This document shows, one piece after another, positions 1 through 10,120 of a stretch of DNA of 64,000 nucleotides. The position numbers and the translations under genes are program-made. The stretch lies in NCBI GenBank assembly GCA_963749155.1, contig CAVVLO010000002.1, positions 480,001-544,000 of the forward strand. The letters are read 5' to 3'. Source of the stretch: an uncultured Armatimonadia bacterium. GTDB taxonomy: Bacteria; Armatimonadota; Zipacnadia; CAVVLO01. How positions within the stretch are numbered: position 1 is the stretch's first letter; every line of letters starts with the position of its first letter. The notes beneath the pieces are model-generated. The model made no database searches. It saw only the letters and a program-made list of their open reading frames with translations, and was not told the origin of the DNA.

Positions 1-921
1 GGCCGCCTGAAGCCGCAAGGCCTGGGCAAGCTCCGCGGAGGCAAGGTCAGCCGCGACCTGCTCCAGCGCTTTGGCGCTGTCAGCTCCTCTGCCCTGCCGC
101 AGCATATGCGCTGCCTCATCCATTCGAGCTGCCTGTTGAGCCGTCGGGGGAGTTACGAACCAGGCATGAGCCTGGATCTCAGCCTTGCTGAGCGCCCTCG
201 AATAGAGAGCCGCTTCGCTCACCTGCAGCTTTACCGAGCCAATTCCATAATCGGCAAAGCCAAGTCGGAAGGTCGCCTCTGCAGCAGGTTCATAATACGG
301 CCCATCATAAGCGCCTTCGGCAACAAGCAAGCCATCCACATACAGGGCCATCTGCTGCCCATCCCAGGTCGCCACGATGTGATGCCAGACATAGTCACCA
401 ATAACACCACTGCGTACTTGCACCGAGCCAACTGGCTGAGGTCTGCCGATCTCGAAACCAAGCGTCCGATTTGGGTAGTCATAACTGATACGGAATCCAT
501 CCCAGTAACCTACACCCAGTGAGATAAGCGTACCCGTTGTGGAACCGCTGTTGCCGCGATGGACTCCATATCCTGTGATACGAAACCAGCCCTCGACAGT
601 GAGCGCGCGTTCTGGCAGGCTGAAGCGCTCTGACTGTAGCCACCCCTCATCCAGATACGGAGTAGCTTGCTCTGGCCAGCGTCCAGGCGCCAACTGCAAT
701 TCACCGGAAGGCGCATAAGCCAGCGTCCCGCCAGGTCCGGCCAGGTTGGCCAGATTGAGGCTCCCCCCTGGGGCTTCTCCCAGAGGATAATAACGAAGCA
801 ACCCAGGTTCCCTGGCCAGAGCGGCCTGATGGTCCAGCCACGCCTGATAAGGGGCAGCGCTTGAGACCAAGGCCAAAGTCAGCAACACCAAAGTTATTCC
901 AGCAAGCAGGCAGTTTCGCAT
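1..921 (-). CDS. Secreted LamG-like jellyroll (concanavalin A-like) domain protein, 3' end outside the window
   Basis: Absent from the ORF track because there is no stop in the window; read manually. ATG at 921 follows a GGGAGAG RBS. It begins MRNCLLAGITLVLLTLALVSSA (signal peptide) and contains LamG motifs LTVEGWF, WHHIVATWDGQQMALYVDG and LYSRALS. The frame stays open to position 1. Confidence 0.8.
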   Translation of the reverse strand, partial: MRNCLLAGITLVLLTLALVSSAAPYQAWLDHQAALAREPGLLRYYPLGEAPGGSLNLANLAGPGGTLAYAPSGELQLAPGRWPEQATPYLDEGWLQSERFSLPERALTVEGWFRITGYGVHRGNSGSTTGTLISLGVGYWDGFRISYDYPNRTLGFEIGRPQPVGSVQVRSGVIGDYVWHHIVATWDGQQMALYVDGLLVAEGAYDGPYYEPAAEATFRLGFADYGIGSVKLQVSEAALYSRALSKAEIQAHAWFVTPPTAQQAARMDEAAHMLRQGRGADSAKALEQVAADLASAELAQALRLQAA

Positions 922-935
922 AGGTCTCTCCCGTA

Positions 936-3680
936 TCAATCGAGCAGATTACGCTGGCCGAAGGCAAAGTCCTGAAACTCCACAACAACAGGCTCAGCAG
1001 GTTTCTCCCAGGAACCCAGGATAAAGTTCGTGATACGCGTCCGGCCGGGGCCGACCTGCTCCTCTACCAGGCGCTTCAGATCCCAGGTCACTCGGTGCCA
1101 CTGGCCATCTGTTATCGAGCCGCGCACCCCGTCAAGATTCCCATACAGGCTCTGTTGCCCCTGCAGGTTGAGCGCGTACCAGATGCCATCGCCGAACTCG
1201 AACATAAAAGCAAAGGGCTCCTTGCTGGTTGTCCGCATCCGGAAATCAAGGAAGGGCGACTGCTCCAGGTCCAGGCCACCAAGGGTCAGGTGTACCGAAT
1301 TGAACTGCACTCCTTCGCCGCCAATCGTGAGGCGCAAGGTCGGCTTGCCGTCCACCACCGTGCAGGTCTGCTCGATGCGACCATCGCGGAAGGGCCAGGG
1401 TGACTCACCGCCAAAGTCGAAGGCAAGCGTCGGACGCAGCCTGAAGGCCGTCCAGTCCACCACCGCATAAGGCACCCGATCGGTGTCGAGGTTGTTTGCG
1501 AACCGGCGGACGCTCTGGAAATACTGCTCATTCAGTTGGGCCAGCGCGCCCAGGTCGCCGGTGTTGCGGACGTCCTCGGCATAAGTCTCGACGGCCTGCC
1601 TGGCCAGAGCGAGCGCTTCTTTGGCATACGGCCAGGCTGCCACTCGAGCAGCGTCCAGTCCCTCAGCGCGCCCCGCTGCATCGTAGGCCAGCAGGGCCTC
1701 ATTCACTTTGATCATAGAGCGCAGATAGCCCTGCCGGAACTCCAGCCTGTTCAGGAACAGCCGCGCCCAGCTTTGCCCTTGGGCATCCAGCCCGGACAGC
1801 GCGCTCTCGAAACGCCGTTCGGCCGCCTCATCCTTACCGAGCAGCTTCTCGAGTCCCGCGATGCCGCATACCTCGCCAGGCGCCATGCCAACCACGCGCT
1901 GCCACTCGGCAGAATCCAGCCCTTCAGGGGTGCCGGGCAAGGTGGGGATCACGAGCGACATCCAGCCTGCCCCTAGCAGCATATGGCGCGCATCACCTGG
2001 GGTTGCACCAGGTGTGGTCGGTTCGAAGGCGTCATAATCAAGATAGGTAGCAGCGAGTCTCGCCGCCTCGGAGCCGTACAGTCGCTCGCAATATTCTTTG
2101 TAGAAAGCCTTTGCGGTCAGCTCGCTATCCCAGGCGAAGTCAGCCATATAGCGCACGTTATGCTCAACGCCCGAGAGCTTCCAGCCAAGCAGCGTAAGGG
2201 CTTCAACGCCAAACTCGGCCGCCTGCTTGTACATCTGCTCTTGCCAGGTGATGCGGAACTGCGGGAACCACTGGTTGCCGTCAAACTCCCACCATTCGAT
2301 CAGCCAGGAGGGCCTGCCTGTTTCGGCTACCTGGTAATCCTTCACCTGCGAAGCCAGCGCGCTCGGCGGATCGTAAGTATTGAGCGAGGCAAAGGTTATC
2401 TCGGGTGGCATATCGGCGTTGATGCCGGGGAAGAGATGCTGCACGCTCCAGCCGCCGGTCGCCATGCGGGCCCTTTCGGCCGGCGAGAGACGCTCTACGA
2501 CCTCTCGGAAGAGATACGCATAGTCGATGTCGCCCTTCAGATTGGGATCGCCCGACCAGTAATCATACTTCGCGCGCAGCTCAGCGGCGCCAGGCTCGCG
2601 CCCAACGTTCCGGCCGAGGTAGCCGCGCGCCTCCGACTGCCACAGCCAGTAGTAATCCGAATTGGGATAGGTATCAAAGAGCGAGCGCACTCGGTCCAGC
2701 GACAGTTCTACATTGTGCTCATCCAGCGGGTTGATGGAGTTATAGCCACCCATCCCCTCCTGGGGCTTATCCGTATTGGTGAAGCCTGGCGCGGTGCTGT
2801 ACATCAGTTCGAAGCCGACGCAGGTCTTCCACCCATGTTCGTGGGCGATGTCGAGCGCGCGCCTGACCATCGCCTGCACTGCTATCGCTTGAGCGCGCGG
2901 GTTGCCCTTGTTTTCGACATAGGGTCTGGGACCGAACTCCTCCACCCCGCCGAAGGCCGCCTCGCCGACTGCGCCCTGCGTCTTGAAGGTATCCACCGGC
3001 ATCCCGATACAGGCGGGGTTCACGGTCTGCCCCTGTACTGTCTCCGTGAAGAAGGCGATGCCGGGGTAGAAGTGCAGTTGCAGCAGGTTCAGCTTCAGTC
3101 TGGTGGCGCGCTCGATCAACAGCCGCCAGTCCTGGATGCTATAACCGGACATCCCGCACAGGAAATTATCCCAGGGCAGCAGGCCTCGGTACTTGAAGAC
3201 GGGGCTGTGGCGCTCGTCCAGTTGCTTCAGGCGGAAGGCAGCGTGCTCCGGCAGTCGCTCTCCACTGAGCTGGAAGTAGCAGCCATACTCCTCCAGTAGC
3301 GCATAAAGCCCGTAAAGCACCCCGACATCGGTTTGGCCGGCGATATAGAGGCTCTTCCCAATCGTCTTGAGCGTGTAGCCCTGGTCCGCATTCGTCCCTT
3401 CAGGTAAAACCAGCCTGCCAGCTTCGATCTGCTCGGAGATTTGGGGATTGCTCTCGGGAGTGCCCAGCACGACCTCGGCACTGGCAAGTTGTTCAGCGAT
3501 TTCCAGTGGATTGGAGAACAGCCGCCCGAAGTAGTCAGTCAGTTCGCGGGCCATAAGCTGCTGAACCGGGGTGTCGGTTGCGCCAGTAGCGACACGTAGC
3601 GGAGCAGGCCCGCCGGCAGAGGCCAAAAACATCACCCCGAAGAGTAAGGTCAGTACAAGCAACGCAAGCAGGTTTGGCAT
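936..3680 (-). CDS. Secreted glycoside-hydrolase-like protein: GH20/GH67-type N-terminal domain, TIM barrel, C-terminal beta-sandwich
   Basis: ORF 936..3752; likely start is ATG 3680 (MPNLLALL, RBS GAGGAG). Contains DQGYTLK...LYIAGQTDVGVLYGLYALLE and FKYRGLLPW...LKLNLLQLH, and a C-terminal TDGQWHRVTWDL module. Confidence 0.7.
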   Translation of the reverse strand: MPNLLALLVLTLLFGVMFLASAGGPAPLRVATGATDTPVQQLMARELTDYFGRLFSNPLEIAEQLASAEVVLGTPESNPQISEQIEAGRLVLPEGTNADQGYTLKTIGKSLYIAGQTDVGVLYGLYALLEEYGCYFQLSGERLPEHAAFRLKQLDERHSPVFKYRGLLPWDNFLCGMSGYSIQDWRLLIERATRLKLNLLQLHFYPGIAFFTETVQGQTVNPACIGMPVDTFKTQGAVGEAAFGGVEEFGPRPYVENKGNPRAQAIAVQAMVRRALDIAHEHGWKTCVGFELMYSTAPGFTNTDKPQEGMGGYNSINPLDEHNVELSLDRVRSLFDTYPNSDYYWLWQSEARGYLGRNVGREPGAAELRAKYDYWSGDPNLKGDIDYAYLFREVVERLSPAERARMATGGWSVQHLFPGINADMPPEITFASLNTYDPPSALASQVKDYQVAETGRPSWLIEWWEFDGNQWFPQFRITWQEQMYKQAAEFGVEALTLLGWKLSGVEHNVRYMADFAWDSELTAKAFYKEYCERLYGSEAARLAATYLDYDAFEPTTPGATPGDARHMLLGAGWMSLVIPTLPGTPEGLDSAEWQRVVGMAPGEVCGIAGLEKLLGKDEAAERRFESALSGLDAQGQSWARLFLNRLEFRQGYLRSMIKVNEALLAYDAAGRAEGLDAARVAAWPYAKEALALARQAVETYAEDVRNTGDLGALAQLNEQYFQSVRRFANNLDTDRVPYAVVDWTAFRLRPTLAFDFGGESPWPFRDGRIEQTCTVVDGKPTLRLTIGGEGVQFNSVHLTLGGLDLEQSPFLDFRMRTTSKEPFAFMFEFGDGIWYALNLQGQQSLYGNLDGVRGSITDGQWHRVTWDLKRLVEEQVGPGRTRITNFILGSWEKPAEPVVVEFQDFAFGQRNLLD

Positions 3681-3730
3681 AACACAACGCTCCTCTTCAA
3701 CACACCAGGGGATTGGCGAAGGGCTCGGGT

Positions 3731-4840
3731 CTATTGCTCGGGCAAGCCGCAAATCGAGTCCACCAGCTCGGTGACGGCCTCGATCTTCTCTATCTGGCCG
3801 TTGTAGGAGATCTCGTCCGACACGCCCAGGATGAGCCTCGGGGCGAACATATCAATAACCTTGCGCGTGAATTCGAGTAGCTCCTCGGTAGTATAGCTGG
3901 GCAGGAAGTGGATAGCAGGCAGCAGGTCCAGTACGACCAGCTTGTCACCGACGGCGGTCTTAATTTCCTCCAGCGTGATATTGCCCATCGGCACTGGAGT
4001 CAACGCCTCTACCGAGTCCAGCCCGCTGTCCATCAGGAAGGGCAGGATGGTATGCGAATGGCCGTCCCAGTGGCTGTGGACGAAGCGCCCCTTCGCGTGC
4101 AACCGCTCGCTCAGGCGCTGCCAGCGGGGCATCATATACTTCTTGCAGATGGGCGGGGGGGTAAACTCGTCGGTCGCATGATCGCCCAGGTTGTAGATGC
4201 GACAAGGCAACTCGAGTGCCGCGTCAATTACACGGTCATCTCGTCTGTCACACGCCTCGAGGAAAGCCTCTACCGCTGCCGGATAATCAGTAAGCAGGTA
4301 GAAAGTATCCAGCAGCCCAGCCCAGTTCTTGACCAGTTCCGTGAAACCTGAACTGGTCGTGAAGATGGTCGGCTCGCCCCGGTCGCCCAGACGCTCCGCG
4401 GCGGCCTTGAAGGCCTCCACGTTGGATTTGCACTGCATCCGGTCGACGAGATAGGTAGCGACCTTGAGGTCAGCCGGTGTTTTACAGGGAAAATCCTCGA
4501 TACGGCTGTTGGTGACCCTGTCACCTTCCCAGATCTGATGGTGGACGGTAGTGATATCACCGACCGGCGTCTTGGTGGTCTCGATGACCTTATTACCGCG
4601 CCGCTCCGAGACGACCTCGACCCCGTCGGGTTCTGCCCAGAAATCCAGTCCGGAGTGAGCCCCATACCGGCAAGAACAGCGCAACTCGTCGTAGATATCG
4701 AAGTGGCTCATCCCGGCAAAGCGCTCGGGCATATTGTTGTTGATGACATGCTTGTGGATCCATTCCTCGAGCCTGGGTTGCCATAGTACTTTGTCTGTAG
4801 TGCGCTCGAAAATCGCCAGATTGAGTTCTTTGCGTGTCAC
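3731..4840 (-). CDS. Uroporphyrinogen decarboxylase / MtaA-CmuA superfamily protein
   Basis: Family-type segments FYLLTDYPAAVEAFL, KKYMMPRWQRLSERLHAKG, HSHWDG, GLDSVEALTPVPMGNITLEEIK and LILGVSDEI. GTG start after GGAGG. Confidence 0.75.
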   Translation of the reverse strand: MTRKELNLAIFERTTDKVLWQPRLEEWIHKHVINNNMPERFAGMSHFDIYDELRCSCRYGAHSGLDFWAEPDGVEVVSERRGNKVIETTKTPVGDITTVHHQIWEGDRVTNSRIEDFPCKTPADLKVATYLVDRMQCKSNVEAFKAAAERLGDRGEPTIFTTSSGFTELVKNWAGLLDTFYLLTDYPAAVEAFLEACDRRDDRVIDAALELPCRIYNLGDHATDEFTPPPICKKYMMPRWQRLSERLHAKGRFVHSHWDGHSHTILPFLMDSGLDSVEALTPVPMGNITLEEIKTAVGDKLVVLDLLPAIHFLPSYTTEELLEFTRKVIDMFAPRLILGVSDEISYNGQIEKIEAVTELVDSICGLPEQ

Positions 4841-4854
4841 TTGGTCCTCCAGCC

Positions 4855-7342
4855 TTAGAGAGGCGTTGTGTAGGTATCTACCAGGTTGGCAACTCTTAGC
4901 TGACGTTTCAGGTCAGCCAGAGTCAGGGGTTCTTTTGGTGTAATCAGCACTTCGAAGGGCGCCCCAGGCCTCAGATGGAAGAAGTTGGCGCTGTAACGCA
5001 CCTCGGCATCAGTCGTCGTGAGCCAGACCCAAAGGGCGGGCCGGTCGCTTTCCAGCCGCGCCATAAATCCCCCTGAGGGATCCTCTCGCAGATCGAGACT
5101 GATGTTAGGCTGCGGCAGGTCGAGATGCTTGGGCCGCGCGAAAAGCGCCAGATTCGACGAGACGCGCTTGCCCTCTACCCGCAATTCGACCCAGAACAGG
5201 GCGTTGCGATGACCGACCATCGAAAGCTGCCGGCCCAGCTCGAGTTTCGCAACTTGGGAATTGGTGCCCGGAGGCGCTGTTACCTGTCTTTCGCCTGATT
5301 CCAGCACGGCGCCTCGCAGGTCGGTAAGCAACCAGCGCACCGAGCCAGTCTTCTCTTCGCGCAGGTCATTTGTAACATGCAACTCGACCGAGCCAGTGTC
5401 CCAGTCCTCGACCGCCGAAACCAGCAGAGGCGAGTAGAAGTCTTGCGCCATATGGTTGAGCGCCTTCCACCTGCCGAAGTAATCAATCGAGGACCAACTC
5501 GCCACCGGCCAGCAGTCGTTGAGCTGCCAGTAGAGGGTGCCCATCCCGCGAGGCATCGCGCGTCGCCAGTGCTCGACTGCATACTTCATCGCCATACCTT
5601 GCAGTATCTGGGACAGCCATAGGGTGGCCTCGAAGCTTGTCGGCAGGCGGAACCAGTCCAGCATGTACTGCATTATCACCGTGTTGCCGATGCCGCTGCG
5701 CTGGTGATGCTCCATCACCCAGGTCGTGACGTTGCGGTCTTGCGGTTCGGTGTAAGTGTATACCGTGCGCGGTTCGGGGAACGACTGAAATCCAAACTCG
5801 CTGTTGAAGCGATGCTCGCAACTGCGATACCACTCGAAGGGCTTGCGGCCGTGCCAGACGTCCCAAAGGTGCGCATCTCCATTTGTCGGATCGTTGAAGT
5901 CGCGCCTGTCGCGGGTGCTATGCGGACTGCAAGGCCAATAGTCGCGCTCGGGGTCGAGTTCGGCAATCGTCTGGGGAAGGAGCTGCTCGAACAGCTTGTC
6001 ATAGTCCTCCCAGCTCATCTGAGAGCCACTCCAGACATCTCCCACAAGCCCTTGCTCAAGCTCGTTGTTGCCGCACCAGAGGGCAATTGAGGGATGATGC
6101 CTCAAGCGTTTGATATTGTCGCGGAATTCCTCGCCAACGCTTGCCATAAAGCCTTCATCGAAAGTCGGGTAGGTCGAACACGCGAAGATGAAGTCGTGCC
6201 AGATACAAAGGCCAAGCTCATCGGCCAGCTCGTAGAAGTCGTCCTGCTCGTAGATGCCCCCGCCCCAAAGGCGCAGCATATTCATATTGGCCGCAGCGGC
6301 GCTTCCGAGCAGATCGGCATACCGCTGATGGCTCATCCGGTTGATGAAGGAGTCAGCGGGAATCCAGTTGGCGCCCTTGGCAAAGAAAGGCACCCCATTT
6401 ACCACGAACTGGAAGCTCTCGCCCCACTCATCAGGATGGCGGTCCAGCTTGAGAGTTCTGAGGCCGATGCGTTTGGTGATGGAATCCAGCTCCTGGCCTG
6501 TGTCCTTCTCGCTCAGGCTGACCTTAACCTGATACAGCGGCTGGTCGCCCAGGTTGTTGGGCCACCAAAGGCGCGGGGCCTCGATAACCAGCTTCGCTTT
6601 GCCCTGATTGCCCCGGAAGGAGACAGTGCCAGAGGCAACCGCCTGGCCTTCAAAGGTAACCGACACCTCAGCCTGATAAGTACCCGAGTTGACTTTCTCG
6701 ATACCGAGCGCAACTGTCAGTTGCACCTGCCCGGCTTTCGAATGATCCTGCTGGATATGCACCTCGTCGAAGCCGCGCGCCGCTCCAGCCAACCAGCCTG
6801 ATGGGTCGCCAGATACCCGCCGAGGGCAGCACTGGCCCCCAGTCCCAGCCAAAACTGCAAGGCTCCTTCCGCACCCAGGCCCGGCCATTTACTTCCTTGG
6901 GCCCGCCCCAGCTCGGGATAGGGTGCTCTGCCTGCTTCTGCTTTATTAGAGGCATAGGGGAATCAAATCGTATGACAAGCTCGTTGTCCCAGGCCTTAAG
7001 CGCGGCCTTCACATCGAACTGCCAGGTGCGGAACATATTATCGGCCTGGCCCAGCTCCTGCCCGTTGAGGAAGAGGGTCGCCAGCGTATCCAGCCCTTCG
7101 CAGGCGAGAAAGACTTTTTCTTCAGCCAGCAGCTCCTCGCTGACATTGAAGGTGCGGCGGTATTCCCAGCTCGCTTCTCCTACCCAGCGCTGGAAATCCT
7201 CATTGTCACGCCAAAAAGGATCGGGCAGTCTGCCCGCTGCCATCAGGTCCAGATGGACCGAGCCGGGCACATGGGCTTTGATAGCTTCTTCCTTGCCCGC
7301 CTGGCCTAGTTGCCAGGCCCCCCCAAGCTCAAGTAAGCGCAT
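4855..7342 (-). CDS. GH2 beta-mannosidase-like enzyme (one frameshift near 6772, probably a sequencing error)
   Basis: Joins ORFs 6668..7342 and 4855..6888. Motifs VPGSVHLDL, EGLDTLA, FGWDWGP, KGANWIPAD, NMLRLWGGGIYE, WCGNNE, SEFGFQSFP and GTLYWQLND. No signal peptide. Confidence 0.9.
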
Positions 7343-7367
7343 ATTGCTTTTCCCTCCTTGAAACTAA

Positions 7368-9998
7368 CTAACTGGCCTGGGCCGGAGTTATCTCGAGTGT
7401 TGCAACCTGCCACGGTTGCATTGTAAGGCTGGCTTCGCCCGAGCAAGTGGTTACCTCGCCGGGCAGCGCATCGCCCCTGAAGTCCAACAGGCGCGCAGAG
7501 GCTACCGCACAAGGCAGGCCAAGTCGCGCCTGCGCAGGCTTATCGGACAGGTTGACCAGGCGGGCAATAACTTTTTCGCCTTCGCGAGTCAGGGCGCTGA
7601 GCCGGACCCTGGGCGGCGTGAGGGAAACCAGTTCCGCCTCTTCGCCCAGGCGCGTTGCTGGCACATAGCAGGAGCGTATCGGTTGGCGCACCTGGTCAGC
7701 GGTCGCCGCAAGCGCCAGGGGCTCTGCCTCCTCACCTAGCAGCAACCGATGCTCGAACCGTTGCCTGCCTCCCACATCATATGTATCAGTGTAAGCCTCC
7801 CAGCCCTTCTCGAAAAGCCGGGTCTTCTGCGCCACGAAGTGGATGAGTCGCTTCGGGTCGCCATGATGTCGCCAGAAGCGGTCGCCATCAGCGGCAAGCA
7901 GCGCCAGCTTGCCCTGCTCGTCCTCGGCCGATACCCAGGTGCGTCCCCAGAAGAAGTTCGAGACCATCCGCTCGAACCGGCCGTAGGAGAGCGCCTTCAG
8001 ATTGCGCTCCTCAAAACCGAAGGGGATGTCCACTGTCAACTTCGCCTCGTCCTCAAGCGGCATCGCCAGGGCGATGAAGGCGTCTGTGATGTCCGCCGAA
8101 TCGAAGAACTGCAGTGTAGAGCGCGCTCCCGCCTCGCCTTTGTACAGGTCGATGTGCTGCATCACAAACCAGTTGCCTGCGGTCCCTCTCAAGGTAACGC
8201 GCCAGCGCAGCGGCCCTGCCTCATCGAGGCTGGCCTCGGTGGCGACGAAACCCTCAGGCTCATCCGGCAGCGATTCCATCAGCCAGGTGCCCCAGATCTC
8301 GCGGCTCGCGGGGTAATACACCGGCTCCAGGAAGCCCGTGCCTGCCGGCGCCTCGCGCACCAGCCCGGTCGCAAGGTCTTCGAGTCGCACCAGCTTGCCC
8401 TGGGCGAAGGAGAGCTTCATCCGGTCGCTTACAAGCTCGAAGCCTGCCAGGTCAAGCGACGTCCTGTCGGGGATGTTGTACTTGCGCTTCCAGTAGGGCG
8501 CCGTGTCGGCGTTGGTGATGACTTCGGCTTCGTGGCCAACCCGAGGGGCCGGCTCCCACTGCAGCGTCAAGGTCGTGTAGCCGCAACCAGGCAGACTGAC
8601 CTCGGCTAGCAGCTCCAGCTCGGAGTTGTTGACTGGATAGTTGGCCACCTGTATCTCGACTGGCCAGCCCTGGGCATCGGCAAGCCCTGTAAAGTCGCGC
8701 TCCAGATCGCCGCTGATTAGCCAGAGCGGCACAACTTCCTTGCGGGCTCCAGGCACTGGATTTACCACTGCGATGCCCGATGAGTCCATCGGCAACCTGC
8801 CGTCCACAAGCTGGGAGGCTGCCAACTGGGCCTGGGCTTCTGCTTTGGCGATTACGTTCATCAGCGCAAGCTCGCCCTCGTTCCAGTCCTGCCTGAATAC
8901 GAACTGCACCGCATGCGGCGTCCAGTCCATATAGTTTTCCCATTGGGTGATGAATTCAGCCTCGGGCCAGGCGCTACCTTTGGCCAGTGAAGCGAGGGTA
9001 GAAAGCGTCTCAGCCTCCACCAGCCTGCGGTCGCAGAGTTCGCGCAGCCACCAGATACCCCGCCGCCCCTTGTAAGCGGTGTTGTAGCTGACATCGGTGG
9101 GGTCAAGTATACGCTGCACGACCTGGAGTTTATCCTTCTGCACGTCAAGAGCGGCGAAGAACTCATCCGGGGTGCTGTAGCGCATCTGGCTGGGCATCCG
9201 CTCGTTCCATAAAGCCATCAGGGCAGGATAATCTGCCGGCTCATCGTTCCCCAGCAGGAAGCGCTCGGGGCGCGTGTCATCGCAGCCAACCGAGAGGGGT
9301 ATATCGGCAACTCCATCCTGGGCCATCAGGCCGCTGTAACTGGTCCAGATAGTCTCGGCGACCGCCGGCAGGTCGGTATCCCAGGTCGGCCCGTGGCGCT
9401 CCGACAGCAGGAAGAGTCCGCCATACATCCCGCGGCACATCAGAATCTCATCGCCCGAGAGGCCCTTCCAGAGCAAGTTCCGCGGCACGCCTTCCTCATC
9501 CAGCGTCTCGATGGGCCGGCCGGCGTAATAGGCCATATAACCCGCCAGATTCAGCAGTTGGGGCATCTGGGTATGCCCCAGCGTAACGTCCATATCGGCG
9601 TAGACACGGAAGGCTACCTCTGGACAGAACTCCTTCCACTTCGCCATACCGCGCTGGATGTTGCGGATGAAGGTCTCATTGCCTACATGGGTACTGCGGA
9701 CATTGCCATAATGGCCTCCGCACACCGCAAGCTGGCCTGTCCGGATGCGCTGCCGAACGTCATCCAGCCGACCAGGCCGAAGCTGCACATAATCGCGCAT
9801 GAGTTCGGTCCAGGTATCGATGTAATACCGGTATTCTGGCTTCTCAGCCATCAAATCCAGCACCTCATCGAGGGCTCGAACGTAGCGGTCGACATGCCAG
9901 GCGCGGGTATGTACCCAGGCAATATCGGCGTGGGTATAGGGTATTACGTGGATAGTGCCCACAAAATCTTCCGGTCTCACTTTGAACTGCTCATCCAT
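7368..9998 (-). CDS. GH38 alpha-mannosidase-family protein
   Basis: IHVIPYTHADIAW zinc motif, DMDVTLGHTQMPQLL nucleophile region, GCDD, and C-terminal RLSALTREG...RLVNL. ATG 9998 follows AGGAGG. Confidence 0.85.
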   Translation of the reverse strand: MDEQFKVRPEDFVGTIHVIPYTHADIAWVHTRAWHVDRYVRALDEVLDLMAEKPEYRYYIDTWTELMRDYVQLRPGRLDDVRQRIRTGQLAVCGGHYGNVRSTHVGNETFIRNIQRGMAKWKEFCPEVAFRVYADMDVTLGHTQMPQLLNLAGYMAYYAGRPIETLDEEGVPRNLLWKGLSGDEILMCRGMYGGLFLLSERHGPTWDTDLPAVAETIWTSYSGLMAQDGVADIPLSVGCDDTRPERFLLGNDEPADYPALMALWNERMPSQMRYSTPDEFFAALDVQKDKLQVVQRILDPTDVSYNTAYKGRRGIWWLRELCDRRLVEAETLSTLASLAKGSAWPEAEFITQWENYMDWTPHAVQFVFRQDWNEGELALMNVIAKAEAQAQLAASQLVDGRLPMDSSGIAVVNPVPGARKEVVPLWLISGDLERDFTGLADAQGWPVEIQVANYPVNNSELELLAEVSLPGCGYTTLTLQWEPAPRVGHEAEVITNADTAPYWKRKYNIPDRTSLDLAGFELVSDRMKLSFAQGKLVRLEDLATGLVREAPAGTGFLEPVYYPASREIWGTWLMESLPDEPEGFVATEASLDEAGPLRWRVTLRGTAGNWFVMQHIDLYKGEAGARSTLQFFDSADITDAFIALAMPLEDEAKLTVDIPFGFEERNLKALSYGRFERMVSNFFWGRTWVSAEDEQGKLALLAADGDRFWRHHGDPKRLIHFVAQKTRLFEKGWEAYTDTYDVGGRQRFEHRLLLGEEAEPLALAATADQVRQPIRSCYVPATRLGEEAELVSLTPPRVRLSALTREGEKVIARLVNLSDKPAQARLGLPCAVASARLLDFRGDALPGEVTTCSGEASLTMQPWQVATLEITPAQAS

Positions 9999-10032
9999 TT
10001 CGTGGTCCTCCTGCTTCAACGCTTCCAGCACT

Positions 10033-10059
10033 AGTTCACGCCTGAGGCGAAATTCCTGC
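10033..10059 (-). promoter_or_regulatory. Putative sigma-H-like promoter for the GH38 operon
   Basis: Minus strand GCAGGA-N16-GAACT; the same motif recurs before other transcription units. Confidence 0.5.
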
Positions 10060-10061
10060 CA

Positions 10062-10089
10062 GCAGGCTTCCAGCTAATAAAGGCGAAAT
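10062..10089 (+). promoter_or_regulatory. Putative sigma-H-like promoter for the gene at 10121
   Basis: GCAGGC-N17-GAAAT, back-to-back with the minus-strand copy. Confidence 0.45.
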
Positions 10090-10120
10090 TGCCCCAATTG
10101 TTATCTGTCTGGAGGCCTAT

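Noticed and set aside
1983..3299. 438-aa plus-strand ORF, and similar long antisense ORFs such as 42032..43864, 34946..36007, 21678..22640 and 58674..59576
   Set aside because: They lie antisense to well-supported genes and have no motifs; such shadow ORFs are expected in GC-rich coding DNA.
3731..4840. hemE (haem biosynthesis) assignment
   Set aside because: The HemE N-terminal W-x-MRQAGR motif is absent (WQPRLEEW here) and no tetrapyrrole genes are nearby.
10045..10090. 10-bp direct repeat AGGCGAAATT at 10045 and 10081 as an operator or insertion scar
   Set aside because: There are only two copies, both overlapping the back-to-back promoter motifs, with no adjacent regulator or mobile element.
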